The notes below the pieces were generated by a model. That model did no database searches and was not told where the DNA came from. It was given only the letters and a program-made list of their open reading frames with translations. A DNA stretch of 32,000 bases, taken from Candidatus Hadarchaeota archaeon. GTDB taxonomy: Archaea > Hadarchaeota > Hadarchaeia > Hadarchaeales > Hadarchaeaceae. The stretch is from NCBI GenBank assembly GCA_964514965.1, contig CAZETV010000001.1:120001-152000 (forward strand), in the 5' to 3' direction. Made by a program: the position numbers and the translations under genes. Below are positions 1-9,157 of the stretch, in pieces (within the stretch, counting starts at the first letter, position 1; each line of letters starts with the position of its first letter).

Positions 1-557
1 CCCACATAAAGACCAAAACAAGGCCCCAGATGTCTACAGTTAGATATAAAGTAATGAAGACGAGAGAAAGGGATTCAACCAGAAAAGGTGAAATAATAAT
101 GAAAAATGCAGAGGGTATAGAAAATAGCGGAACTAAGATTTTAAAGAAAGAAAATGCAGGGGGAATCAACATAACGGAAGCAGATATCATCGTCTCGGGT
201 GGAAGAGGATTAAAAAAACCGGATGATTTCAAGCTTCTGCGTGAATTGGCTGATGTTTTAGGCGGAGTCGTTGGATCGAGTAGACCTATAGTTGATGAGG
301 GGTGGATAGGAAGAGAACATCAAGTGGGATTCAGCGGAAACACTGTTAAACCAAAGCTCTATATTGCATGTGGCATATCTGGCGCGCCTCAGCACTTAGC
401 GGGTATGAGGGATTCCGATATCATCGTGGCGATAAACACTGACCCCTCAGCCCCGATATTCAAAGTGGCCGATTATGGTATAGTCGGAGATTTGTATGAT
501 GTAATACCTAAACTAATTGATGAGATAAGAAAAAATAAAAACAAGGTGTTGAATTGA
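1..557 (+). CDS. etfA: Electron transfer flavoprotein alpha subunit, C-terminal part (5' truncated at the window edge)
   Basis: The frame is open from position 3 and reads [20 protein letters not shown] upstream of the listed ATG, then [67 protein letters not shown]. These are hallmark EtfA FAD-domain motifs. Confidence 0.93.
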   Translation, partial: HIKTKTRPQMSTVRYKVMKTRERDSTRKGEIIMKNAEGIENSGTKILKKENAGGINITEADIIVSGGRGLKKPDDFKLLRELADVLGGVVGSSRPIVDEGWIGREHQVGFSGNTVKPKLYIACGISGAPQHLAGMRDSDIIVAINTDPSAPIFKVADYGIVGDLYDVIPKLIDEIRKNKNKVLN

Positions 558-1921
558 TAAAAGAAATTGAAAAGAACTTACGGGATATCGTGGGAGAAGA
601 TTGGGTTGTAACTAAAAGGGAACAGATGGAAAATTATTTGATAGACGAGACCGCCGCCTCTGTTAGACCTCAACCCGCTGCTGAAGTTGTTTTGGTAAAA
701 CCCGCAAACGCTCAAGAGATATCCAAAATTCTGAAACTCGCTATCGAGAAAAAGATCCCAGTTTTCCCTAGGGGCGGAGGAACTGGGCTCGTGGGAGGGG
801 CTATCCCTACTAAGGATGGCATAATCCTCTCCACAGAAAGGATGGACAAAGTTGAGATAGACAAGGACAACATGATGGCAGTTGTCGAGGCAGGGGCTAC
901 GCTTGAAAAATTATTAAAAACAACAGAAGAAGCTGGCATGCTATTCCCACCGCACCCTGGAGATGAGGGAGCTCAGGTGGGGGGACTCGTGGTATGCAAC
1001 GCCGGTGGAGCGAGAGCAGTGAAGTACGGGATTATCAGAAACTACGTGAAAGGCATCGAAGTCGTGCTTCCTACAGGTGAGATAGTGAATTTGGGTGGAA
1101 AATTATTAAAAAATAATATGGGGTATAATCTGATGCATTTGATGATTGGAAGCGAAGGAACTTTGGGCATAATAACCAAAGTGATTTTTCGATTATATCC
1201 AAAATTTGGGGCTACTGCAACCTTAATTGTGCCATATGAGAACCGGCATGATGCGATAAACACTGTTCCAAAAATCCTCCAGAGAGGGGTAATTCCCTTA
1301 GCTATCGAGTATGTGGAAAAAGACACGATAGAAAAATCGGCCGAACATCTGGGCAAAAAATGGCCATGCGAAAGGGGCAATGCTTTTCTTATAATAATAG
1401 TGGCGGGGGTCGAGATAGATGAAGTATATTCAGAAAGCGAGAAAATATCGGTGACATGTCAAGAGAACAACTCCCTAGAGCCTTTAATTGCTGAGTCAAG
1501 AGAAGAGCAGGATAGGATTCTGGACATAAGGAGTAATATCTACACAGCGTTGAAACCCGAAATCGCCGATATCCTAGATGTGACGGTGCCGCCTGCCAAC
1601 ATGGGAAAACTTATGGATGTAATAGACAAGATTGCTGAGAAATTTAATGCGTATGTCCCGACGTATGGGCATGCAGGAGATGGTAATTTACACCCGCATG
1701 TAATGGTAGAAAAGGGAAAAGGTCTAGACAATATTAAAACGTTAAAGAATGAAATTTATAAAGCAGCTGTAGATCTAGGGGGAATCATAACAGGTGAGCA
1801 TGGAATAGGAAAAATTAGAATCGACGACCTCGCTCTTTGTCTGTCTGAAAAAGAAATACAACTAATGGAAGGAATAAAGAAGCTCTTTGACCCGAATAAT
1901 ATTCTAAACCCTGTTAAATAA
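554..1921 (+). CDS. FAD-linked oxidase of the GlcD/D-lactate dehydrogenase family
   Basis: 455 aa; TTG start overlaps the etfA stop (TTGA). [26 protein letters not shown] (FAD_binding_4) and [17 protein letters not shown] plus [14 protein letters not shown] (C-terminal FAD oxidase). Confidence 0.93.
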   Translation: MIKEIEKNLRDIVGEDWVVTKREQMENYLIDETAASVRPQPAAEVVLVKPANAQEISKILKLAIEKKIPVFPRGGGTGLVGGAIPTKDGIILSTERMDKVEIDKDNMMAVVEAGATLEKLLKTTEEAGMLFPPHPGDEGAQVGGLVVCNAGGARAVKYGIIRNYVKGIEVVLPTGEIVNLGGKLLKNNMGYNLMHLMIGSEGTLGIITKVIFRLYPKFGATATLIVPYENRHDAINTVPKILQRGVIPLAIEYVEKDTIEKSAEHLGKKWPCERGNAFLIIIVAGVEIDEVYSESEKISVTCQENNSLEPLIAESREEQDRILDIRSNIYTALKPEIADILDVTVPPANMGKLMDVIDKIAEKFNAYVPTYGHAGDGNLHPHVMVEKGKGLDNIKTLKNEIYKAAVDLGGIITGEHGIGKIRIDDLALCLSEKEIQLMEGIKKLFDPNNILNPVK

Positions 1922-2010
1922 GAGACGAATTTTTAGTCGGTAGATTAAAGAACGAACCATTTCGAAAAGTATCTTTTTATCTTTAACTTATGCGACACAG
2001 CAACACTACC

Positions 2011-2028
2011 AAAAAGTTTAATACTTAC
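2011..2028 (+). promoter_or_regulatory. Candidate archaeal TATA-box promoter for the DUF1343 gene
   Basis: AAAAAGTTTAATACTTAC centred about 29 nt upstream of the ATG at 2049; no Shine-Dalgarno before the ATG, consistent with a leaderless mRNA. Confidence 0.5.
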
Positions 2029-2048
2029 TACTTTGGCAACACAAAAAT

Positions 2049-3263
2049 ATGATTAGATTAGGCTTAGAAGTTTTTTTAAAGAGTAACGTAAGTTTAATTG
2101 AAGGTAAAAAAGTTGGTCTATTAACTAATCAAACTGGCATTGACAACGATTTTAACAGTATTATAGACTTATTTTACAATAATCCGAGAATTAAATTGAC
2201 AGCTATTTTTGCTCCAGAGCATGGAATACACAATGAACACCAAGCTGGAATCGGCTTCCAATCTTATGTGGATAAGAGGTATAACATTCCGGTTTTTAGT
2301 CTTTATAGATCATCTGTAAAATATTTGTCACTAACTTCTAGAAATCTAGATGAATGCATGCGTCTTGATGTATACAGTGTAGGTAAATCACCTACACATA
2401 AAATGATGGAGGCTATAGACGTATTAGTTTTTGACATACAGGATGTTGGTACACGAGTTTACACACATATCTGGACTATGGCGTTATGCATGAGAATATG
2501 CGCTAAAAAAGGTGTTTCTTTTATTGTTCTGGATAGACCAAACCCAATAAATGGCGTAACCATGGAGGGGTTTGTTCTCAACTATCCAAAGAATAGTTCA
2601 TTCATTGGATTATATCCTATACCTTTGAGGCATGGCATGACGGTTGGAGAGCTCGCTAGATTTTTTAATGGAGAATTTCTTGACAATAAGGTGGACTCAA
2701 AAGCTATACCCATGGAGGGATGGAAGAGGAAAATGTGGTATAGTAACACTTCCTTGCCATGGATTATGCCTTCACCAAATGTGCCTACCTTAGATAGTGC
2801 TACAGTTTACCCTGGACAAGTACTTTTTGAGGGCACTAACGTCTCTGAAGGCAGAGGGACTACTAAACCATTTGAGATAACTGGGGCACCATGGATAGAT
2901 GGCTTCAAATTGTCGAAAAAAATTAATGCTTACAAGTTTCCTGGAGTAAAATGCAGAGAAGTGTATTTTGTGCCATCATTTTCAAAATACAAGGGTAGGC
3001 TTTGTAACGGTGTACAGATACATGTTACAGATAAAACTAAGTACAAACCTTTTGAATTTGCGTTAAATTTAATCAAAACGATAATGGAGATGTATCCGGA
3101 TCGATTTAGTTTTCATGAAAATTACTTTGATATGGTCGTGGGAAATTCAAAAGTGAGGGAGATGCTGCTAAAAAATATTGGAGTCGATGAGATACTTCAA
3201 AGTTCTCAAGAAGACCTAATCAAGTTTTCAGAACTGAGGAGAGAATATTTACTTTACAGCTAA
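2049..3263 (+). CDS. namZ: DUF1343 family protein, NamZ-like exo-beta-N-acetylmuramidase
   Basis: 404 aa; KKVGLLTNQTGID, FAPEHGIHNEHQAG, VLVFDIQDVGTRVYTHIWTM, VLDRPNPINGVTMEG, PIPLRHGMTVGELARFFN. These are characteristic DUF1343/YbbC motifs. Confidence 0.88.
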   Translation: MIRLGLEVFLKSNVSLIEGKKVGLLTNQTGIDNDFNSIIDLFYNNPRIKLTAIFAPEHGIHNEHQAGIGFQSYVDKRYNIPVFSLYRSSVKYLSLTSRNLDECMRLDVYSVGKSPTHKMMEAIDVLVFDIQDVGTRVYTHIWTMALCMRICAKKGVSFIVLDRPNPINGVTMEGFVLNYPKNSSFIGLYPIPLRHGMTVGELARFFNGEFLDNKVDSKAIPMEGWKRKMWYSNTSLPWIMPSPNVPTLDSATVYPGQVLFEGTNVSEGRGTTKPFEITGAPWIDGFKLSKKINAYKFPGVKCREVYFVPSFSKYKGRLCNGVQIHVTDKTKYKPFEFALNLIKTIMEMYPDRFSFHENYFDMVVGNSKVREMLLKNIGVDEILQSSQEDLIKFSELRREYLLYS

Positions 3264-3286
3264 GTCATGGAGATGAGGAAGATAAC

Positions 3287-5329
3287 GTGGGAAGTAGTAT
3301 TCTTAAACTTCTTAAGTTATCTCCTTCAGCTCAGTCTGTAGACTATGTTAGAAGAAAAAAACAATTCCAGTTGCATAGACTTCTTACAGAACAACGCCAT
3401 CCAAAAACTTGGGACATGAGTTTCAAGATAAAATCTGATACTCTAGAAGGTTTAAGAAAAATACTGTCTGTGGACGAGGAAATATCCAACAAGATAATGG
3501 TACTTTCTAAAAAGCCTAAGCTGGTTATTCAAGCAGTAAACGCGGTTGCAAAAGCAATAGTCAAAGGCAAAAAAATTTACATTTATGGGTGTGGTTCTAC
3601 TGGAAGACTCGCAAAACAAATAGAAAGTGCGCTTTGGAAACCCTTTTGGAGACAGTTGAAGAGCAGCATGCTCTGGGAGAAACTAAAAAATTTCCTGCCT
3701 AGTGATATAGAAGAACATCTTATTGGGGAAATGACTGGGGGAGACAGAGCATTGGTAAGTGCTTTAGAAGGACTAGAGGATTTACAATTGATTGGATATC
3801 TTCAACTTATTGATAATAAAATAAAAAAAGGTGACGTTCTCTTTGCGATAACGGAAGGAGGAGAAACCTCGTCCGTTATAGGGTTTATACAAAGGGCATT
3901 GAAATTGTATGGCAAAATAACTTCTCAAAAAAAGAATGAAATTAAAAAGAAGCTTTATTTTATCTACAACAATCCAAATGAAGTTCTCAAATTGATAAAG
4001 CGTAGCAGAATAGTTTTAGAAAATAAAAGCATTACCAAAATTAATCTTACCACAGGATCCCAAGCTATAGCTGGTTCAACTCGAGCGCAGGCCACTACGA
4101 TAGACACCTATGTAATGGGTGTAATAATCGAAGAGGCGATATATAAAGTTCTGCGGGTTTTTTTGACAAAAGATGAACTTTCCCTCGTTGGCTTCAGAAA
4201 TAGAACTCTATCACAGAGATTGAAAGATTTTGTACATATCCCGAAGACAATATTTAATCTAATAAACGACATCGCCCCATTTACTGAATTAGAGGCGAAA
4301 GTTTACAAAAATCATCATTTTTCAATCTACCTTGCTAAAAAAGCTTTGTTTCCAATTTTTATAGATGTAGCTGAAAGGAGCCCGACTTTTAAACTTGATC
4401 CGTTAGATACTGTGAAAGTGCCGAGAAAAAGTTGGGTTCAAGTCTGGACACCAGTAACCGACTACAGGGAAGCATGGAAAGTGTTGCTAGAGCGTCGGTT
4501 TAAAGGCTTAAATCCTCCATTTTATAAAGCTCATGTTTCAAAAAAAGTTAGAGATAAATTCCTTCGACATACAGCACTTAACAGTCTAAACAAAGTAGGA
4601 CAGAACCAGGAGGCTCTTTATGATTTTTCATTTTCTAAATATAACATAGAGAAGCATCCTCCCAGAAAAGGAGATTTAAGTGTGATGATATGTGTTGACG
4701 AAGAAATAGATGAGCTACTAAATCCTTCCTCATCCTTTAGAAGTTTCCTCTCGCTCTGTAAAAAGAATAGGTCTAACGTGGCTCTCCTTTTAATTACAGA
4801 AAAACAACGTGATGAACTCGTGCTTTTAAGATCAAATATTGGAGACTTAGACCAAGATGACCACATCATAGTGCTCACGATGAATAGAAAAGATGATCCT
4901 CTTAATCTCAGGAGACACATCGCTCTTAAAATGGTGCTTAACGCACATTCCACAGCGGTAATGGCTAAACTTAGCAGAGTGTTAGGAAATACGATGGTAA
5001 ATGTTAATCCTAGCAATCTTAAACTCATTGGTCGATCCACATTCTTGATTTTGAGTCATGTAAACGATATAATAAATCGGAACGAATGGAAAAACAAATA
5101 TGGGAAGACAAAACCTGTTAAATATACTGATGCTAATGCGATTCTTTTTAGCGCCATGCGTTTTGTTAGAAAGTTAGAAAAAACTGGTCAAACTCCAGAA
5201 GTACCATTGTGTATAATCAGGGTACTTGAAGCACTACGACAAGAGAAGTGCATCAGCTGGGAGGAGACCTTTTTCATCTTGGAGAACGAGGGTTTTGAGA
5301 ATTATCTTCAACGTGTGTTAAGTTCATAA
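3287..5329 (+). CDS. Double-SIS MurQ/GKRP-like protein (N-acetylmuramate 6-phosphate etherase superfamily)
   Basis: 680 aa, GTG start. The N-half has LLTEQRHPKTWDMS, IYIYGCGSTGRLAKQIES, GEMTGGDRALVSALEGLED, LTTGSQAIAGSTRAQATTIDT. The C-half repeats the MurQ-like ending HIALKMVLNAHSTAVMAKLSRVLGNTMVNVNPSNLKLIGRS and adds a short helical tail. Confidence 0.8.
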   Translation: MGSSILKLLKLSPSAQSVDYVRRKKQFQLHRLLTEQRHPKTWDMSFKIKSDTLEGLRKILSVDEEISNKIMVLSKKPKLVIQAVNAVAKAIVKGKKIYIYGCGSTGRLAKQIESALWKPFWRQLKSSMLWEKLKNFLPSDIEEHLIGEMTGGDRALVSALEGLEDLQLIGYLQLIDNKIKKGDVLFAITEGGETSSVIGFIQRALKLYGKITSQKKNEIKKKLYFIYNNPNEVLKLIKRSRIVLENKSITKINLTTGSQAIAGSTRAQATTIDTYVMGVIIEEAIYKVLRVFLTKDELSLVGFRNRTLSQRLKDFVHIPKTIFNLINDIAPFTELEAKVYKNHHFSIYLAKKALFPIFIDVAERSPTFKLDPLDTVKVPRKSWVQVWTPVTDYREAWKVLLERRFKGLNPPFYKAHVSKKVRDKFLRHTALNSLNKVGQNQEALYDFSFSKYNIEKHPPRKGDLSVMICVDEEIDELLNPSSSFRSFLSLCKKNRSNVALLLITEKQRDELVLLRSNIGDLDQDDHIIVLTMNRKDDPLNLRRHIALKMVLNAHSTAVMAKLSRVLGNTMVNVNPSNLKLIGRSTFLILSHVNDIINRNEWKNKYGKTKPVKYTDANAILFSAMRFVRKLEKTGQTPEVPLCIIRVLEALRQEKCISWEETFFILENEGFENYLQRVLSS

Positions 5330-5371
5330 CAGCGGATTTTATTTCTAATACTGTATTGTTGACAAAATATA

Positions 5372-5482
5372 ATGGGGTGGATGGGCCAAGGGAAAGACCG
5401 CATGAGCTGGGAAGATTTAGACAATAAGTTTGTTGGTTTTGCAGCAAAGACTCTTAATACTCAACTGAATTACTTAGTTTGA
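5372..5482 (+). CDS. Possible small ORF (36 aa), unknown
   Basis: ATG...TGA reading MGWMGQGKDRMSWEDLDNKFVGFAAKTLNTQLNYLV in the gap between two same-strand genes; no family recognised. Confidence 0.2.
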   Translation: MGWMGQGKDRMSWEDLDNKFVGFAAKTLNTQLNYLV

Positions 5483-5536
5483 GTAATTGAAAAACCTTAA
5501 ATTTCATTAGAAGGTGTTAGCACTTGGTTTAACGAG

Positions 5537-6709
5537 GTGATATTTTTGGGCGGCGGTGCTGAAGCTGAAGTTAAAAATTCTAGAATGTCTGTGGGATGTG
5601 TTCTGAGGCATGGTAATCTAGAGGACGTCGGGATGGATCCCAGCCGCCTTAGGGAAGCAAGTGCATTCATCAAGAAGGCCATTTCCGAAAAAGCTTTTCC
5701 CGGCGCTGTTTTCTTGGTGGCACGTAACGGCGTGATAGTGGCACACGAAGCTTTTGGGGAGGCAGTATCAATACCCGCGGAACTTTCTAAACCTATGAAG
5801 TTAGATACCATTTTCGATACTGGGTCGGTGACTAAACCGGTGGCCACAGCAACATCCTTGATGATTCTACTCGAAAAAGGAAAGGTTTTGCTGGACGACC
5901 CCGTAAACTTCTATATTCCAGAGTACACTGGAGATGGGAAGGAAAAAACAACATTGCGCAATTTGTTAACACACACAGCCGGTATCACCGATCCAATTCA
6001 GCTATTTAAGAGGTGTAAAACTAGGGAAGATTTTCTAAGAGAAATATGCTGGATGAAGCTAGGATGTCCTCCCGGTAGTAGGGTCATTTACAGTTGTTTA
6101 GGTTTTATCTTATTGGCTTTCATCATAGAGAAAGTTGCAGGTGAGAGTCTAGCATCCTTTTCCAGACGAGAAATTTTTTCACCCTTGAGCATGAAGGATA
6201 CCCTCTTCACTCCTCCGGAAAAGTTGAGGGATAGAATCGCGGCGACTGAGAGATGTAGCTGGCGAGGGCGTATTATCATCGGGGAGGTTCACGACGAAAA
6301 CGCTTTTGGCATGGGTGGAGTAAGTGGCAATGCTGGACTTTTCTCCACCGCCCAAGACCTCGCTATCTTCGGCCAAGCATTCCTCAATATGGGAGCGTAT
6401 GGGCACAAAAGAATCCTCAGCTCCGCGACCGTTGAGTTGATGACCAAGAACCACACAGTAGGACTGGAAGAGCCTAGGGGTTTAGGGTGGGCTCTAAAGT
6501 CGGAGAAAGGACCCCAAGCTGGCGAATTGTTGTCCCCATTGACTTTTGGGCATACTGGTTTCCCGGGAGTTTCTCTATGGGTCGACCCAGCGAACAAACT
6601 TATCACGATCCTTATGACGAATAGGGTTCATCCCACTAGGGAGAACGAAGCAATTCTTCGAGTCAGACCACTATTCCATAATATCATTGCTTCCTCGATC
6701 ACTGGCTAG
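5537..6709 (+). CDS. Serine hydrolase, beta-lactamase/class C fold (PF00144); possible AmiE-like N-acetylmuramyl-L-alanine amidase
   Basis: 390 aa; FPGAVFLVARNGVIV, SxxK in DTGSVTKPVAT, LLTHTAGITD, GGVSGNAGLFSTAQDLAIF, FGHTGFPGVSLWVDP. The start is probably TTG at 5546, preceded by GAGGTGAT at 5534-5541. Confidence 0.88.
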   Translation: MIFLGGGAEAEVKNSRMSVGCVLRHGNLEDVGMDPSRLREASAFIKKAISEKAFPGAVFLVARNGVIVAHEAFGEAVSIPAELSKPMKLDTIFDTGSVTKPVATATSLMILLEKGKVLLDDPVNFYIPEYTGDGKEKTTLRNLLTHTAGITDPIQLFKRCKTREDFLREICWMKLGCPPGSRVIYSCLGFILLAFIIEKVAGESLASFSRREIFSPLSMKDTLFTPPEKLRDRIAATERCSWRGRIIIGEVHDENAFGMGGVSGNAGLFSTAQDLAIFGQAFLNMGAYGHKRILSSATVELMTKNHTVGLEEPRGLGWALKSEKGPQAGELLSPLTFGHTGFPGVSLWVDPANKLITILMTNRVHPTRENEAILRVRPLFHNIIASSITG

Positions 6710-6829
6710 GAGTTAGGTCATTACAGGATTTTCTCACTGAAAAACATGCCATTCATCTAGCTCAAAAATTGCTGGGTCAATACATATGAATTCTTCTCTA
6801 AAAAGAACGCTCAAACTTTCGAAAAGTAT

Positions 6830-7861
6830 CTAACTATGCGTGTATATGAATACCAGTTTTGCTGCCCCATACAACGAGGCATTGGGCCCCAGCGACGAAG
6901 GCGCTATCTTTATTTCCTTATCTTTAATTTTCTTGACTAAGTAAGGCTGTGAATAAAGCTCCACAATTTCGTTTATGCGGTTCATCAGTAAGTCAGCGGA
7001 CTGCCCTACTCCGCCTCCGATGATGACCACTTCCGGGGCTAGGGTGCTGATGAGGTTTGACACAACAATGCCCATATATGTCGCGGTTTCTCGGACAATT
7101 TTTAGGGCGAGCGGGTCACTCTTCCTTGCGGCCTCAAATACCAATTTAGATGTTACGGCGTCAATCTTATTATTCACCATATCCATCAAAATCGTTTTAG
7201 ATCCTTTACGTATTTCTTCAACAGTTCTTCTAGCGATGCCCGTGCCAGAGCAGAGACTTTCAAAACATCCCTCGCCATAAATTTTGTCCATGAAGCTAGG
7301 CCCAAGCAACATCCACCCTATTGAGCCTGCGAGCTTCCCAACTCCATCGTACGGTTTTTCGTCAACGAGTATGCTGCCACCTATGCCCGTCCCCAGAATG
7401 ATGTAAATCGCATTTTTCGCCCCGCGAGCAGCACCTACCCATTGTTCTCCGAGCACCGGTGTAACGTGGTCGTGCACTGCGAATATTGGGAGCGAAGTAC
7501 CGAGATTTTTTTGTAGAAAGTTCTTTAGTGTCGAACCTTGTATTTGCGGGATGTTCGGTGCCCATGCAATTTTATCGTCATATTTTTCCACAAGTGTTGC
7601 ACACGCGATACCGATCCCCTTGATTTTTAACCCACTTGCTTTTGATTGATTCATTACTTTTTTAGTTAATTTTGCTATTTGGGAAAACATCGCGTCTATT
7701 GTACCTTTTTTAGTAGTCGGCTCTTCGACACGGAAAATAATTTTGCCATTTGAACTCATAAGCGCCGAAGCAATTTTTGTGCCGCCGATATCAACTCCTA
7801 TCGCATACGATTCTCTAGCTGGCTTCGTATTCTTGTGGAGTGCCGCTCTTTTTGGCATCAT
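6830..7861 (-). CDS. Divergent ROK-family sugar kinase
   Basis: 343 aa; YAIGVDIGGTKIASALM, KGIGIACA, FAVHDHVTPVLGEQWVGAARGAKNAIYIILGTGIGGSILVD, APEVVIIGGGVGQSADL. The usual ROK zinc cluster is not present. Confidence 0.85.
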   Translation of the reverse strand: MMPKRAALHKNTKPARESYAIGVDIGGTKIASALMSSNGKIIFRVEEPTTKKGTIDAMFSQIAKLTKKVMNQSKASGLKIKGIGIACATLVEKYDDKIAWAPNIPQIQGSTLKNFLQKNLGTSLPIFAVHDHVTPVLGEQWVGAARGAKNAIYIILGTGIGGSILVDEKPYDGVGKLAGSIGWMLLGPSFMDKIYGEGCFESLCSGTGIARRTVEEIRKGSKTILMDMVNNKIDAVTSKLVFEAARKSDPLALKIVRETATYMGIVVSNLISTLAPEVVIIGGGVGQSADLLMNRINEIVELYSQPYLVKKIKDKEIKIAPSSLGPNASLYGAAKLVFIYTHS

Positions 7862-7890
7862 AAGATCCTATTGTAATCAAGGTTGACGTT

Positions 7891-7906
7891 AATTAAACTT
7901 TTACGG
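7891..7906 (-). promoter_or_regulatory. Candidate TATA-box promoter for the ROK kinase gene
   Basis: Minus strand reads CCGTAAAAGTTTAATT about 30-40 nt upstream of the start at 7861; same AAAAGTTTAAT core as upstream of the gene at 2049. Confidence 0.4.
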
Positions 7907-7983
7907 AAACAAAAGCACCTTTCGGGGTCATTCACTGTTTTAAAAAATTATAACAGATTGGGTGGGCCAAGGAGAATAGTTCA

Positions 7984-8991
7984 TTATTTAAACAGCGGAA
8001 TAACTTCTTTCGCAAAAAGCTTGTGAGTTCCTCGCTCGGCGGTTTTGTCAAAGTATAAGATGAAGTGGGTTACTCCGAGTTTCACGAATTTTTTGAGCTG
8101 CTCAGCGCATTGTTCAGGCGTCCCCATAATAATGCCTCGTAGGAATTGTTCCTTAGATATGGGCTCCCAAATCGCTTTCCCTCGATAGTCTTTGTTAAAA
8201 CCATCTTCGATGAGTTCCTGCACGATTTGCTGAACTTCCGTTTCAGTTTTGCCTATTATCACTTCAGCATGAAAGCTCAACTCGATTTCGTTTGGATTCC
8301 TTTTAACACTGGCGCAATGCTCTCTTAATATGCGGACTTTTCTTTCGAAGTCTTCTGGCATTCCTCCCCCAAGATTGTAGATGTCTGCATGTTTTGCCAC
8401 TACACGTAGAGTCAGTTTTTCTCCGCCTCCCCCGATCAAGATTGGGGGCCTCGGCTTTTGAACTGGTTTGGGGTAGTTGATTGCTCCATGAAGCTTGTAA
8501 TACTTACCTTCAAAATCAACTACGGGCTCGGTCCACATCCGTTTGATTATCTCGACCGCCTCATCGAGCATACCTATTCTTTTCGCCGCTTTCGGGAAAT
8601 CGTAGCCGTAGCCAAGGTACTCGTGTTCGTACCACCCGGCGCCTATTCCCAAAATCAGCCTGCCTCCCGAAATGGCATCTAGTACCGACGTCTGTTTTGC
8701 AAGCAATGACGGGTTCCGGTAGGAGTTGCAAGTCACGATTTGGCCAAGCTTCACCTTATCCGTTTTTGTTGCTAAGGCCGCGAGGGTCATCCAGCATTCA
8801 AAAACCGGACGATTTTCAATCTTTGGCACCGTGTGGAAGTGATCGTAAAGCCATATCGAATCATATCCAAATTGTTCAGCATCCTTTGCCGTTTGCACTA
8901 TAGATTGAAATTGGTCTTTGGGAGAAAGATCCTCTGCCAAATCCAACCTCCAGCCTTGGGGGATGGTCAAACCGAATTTTATTTGGTTCAT
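7984..8991 (-). CDS. LLM-class (luciferase-like) F420-dependent oxidoreductase
   Basis: 335 aa; KFGLTIPQGW, FGYDSIWLYDHF, LGQIVTCNSYRNPSLLAKQTSVLDAISGGRLILGIGAGWYEHEY, RPPILIGGGGEKLTLRVVAKHADIYN. Confidence 0.88.
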   Translation of the reverse strand: MNQIKFGLTIPQGWRLDLAEDLSPKDQFQSIVQTAKDAEQFGYDSIWLYDHFHTVPKIENRPVFECWMTLAALATKTDKVKLGQIVTCNSYRNPSLLAKQTSVLDAISGGRLILGIGAGWYEHEYLGYGYDFPKAAKRIGMLDEAVEIIKRMWTEPVVDFEGKYYKLHGAINYPKPVQKPRPPILIGGGGEKLTLRVVAKHADIYNLGGGMPEDFERKVRILREHCASVKRNPNEIELSFHAEVIIGKTETEVQQIVQELIEDGFNKDYRGKAIWEPISKEQFLRGIIMGTPEQCAEQLKKFVKLGVTHFILYFDKTAERGTHKLFAKEVIPLFK

Positions 8992-9157
8992 TAGTTCACT
9001 CCTTTAAGTTTTCGAAATCGTCAAATATAAGTTTGCCGATTTTTTCTCCAATAAAAATTTTTAATATTCAACTGAAATATCGAGCATTTGAAAAACTTAT
9101 AAGTATTATTAAACGACTTTTAACATTTGGGTAACAAGTTTGAGGAGGCGATAACAG

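Noticed and set aside
5537-6709. Calling the serine hydrolase an antibiotic-resistance beta-lactamase
   Set aside because: It has the general beta-lactamase fold motifs, but family and context fit an esterase/amidase; nothing supports a resistance function.
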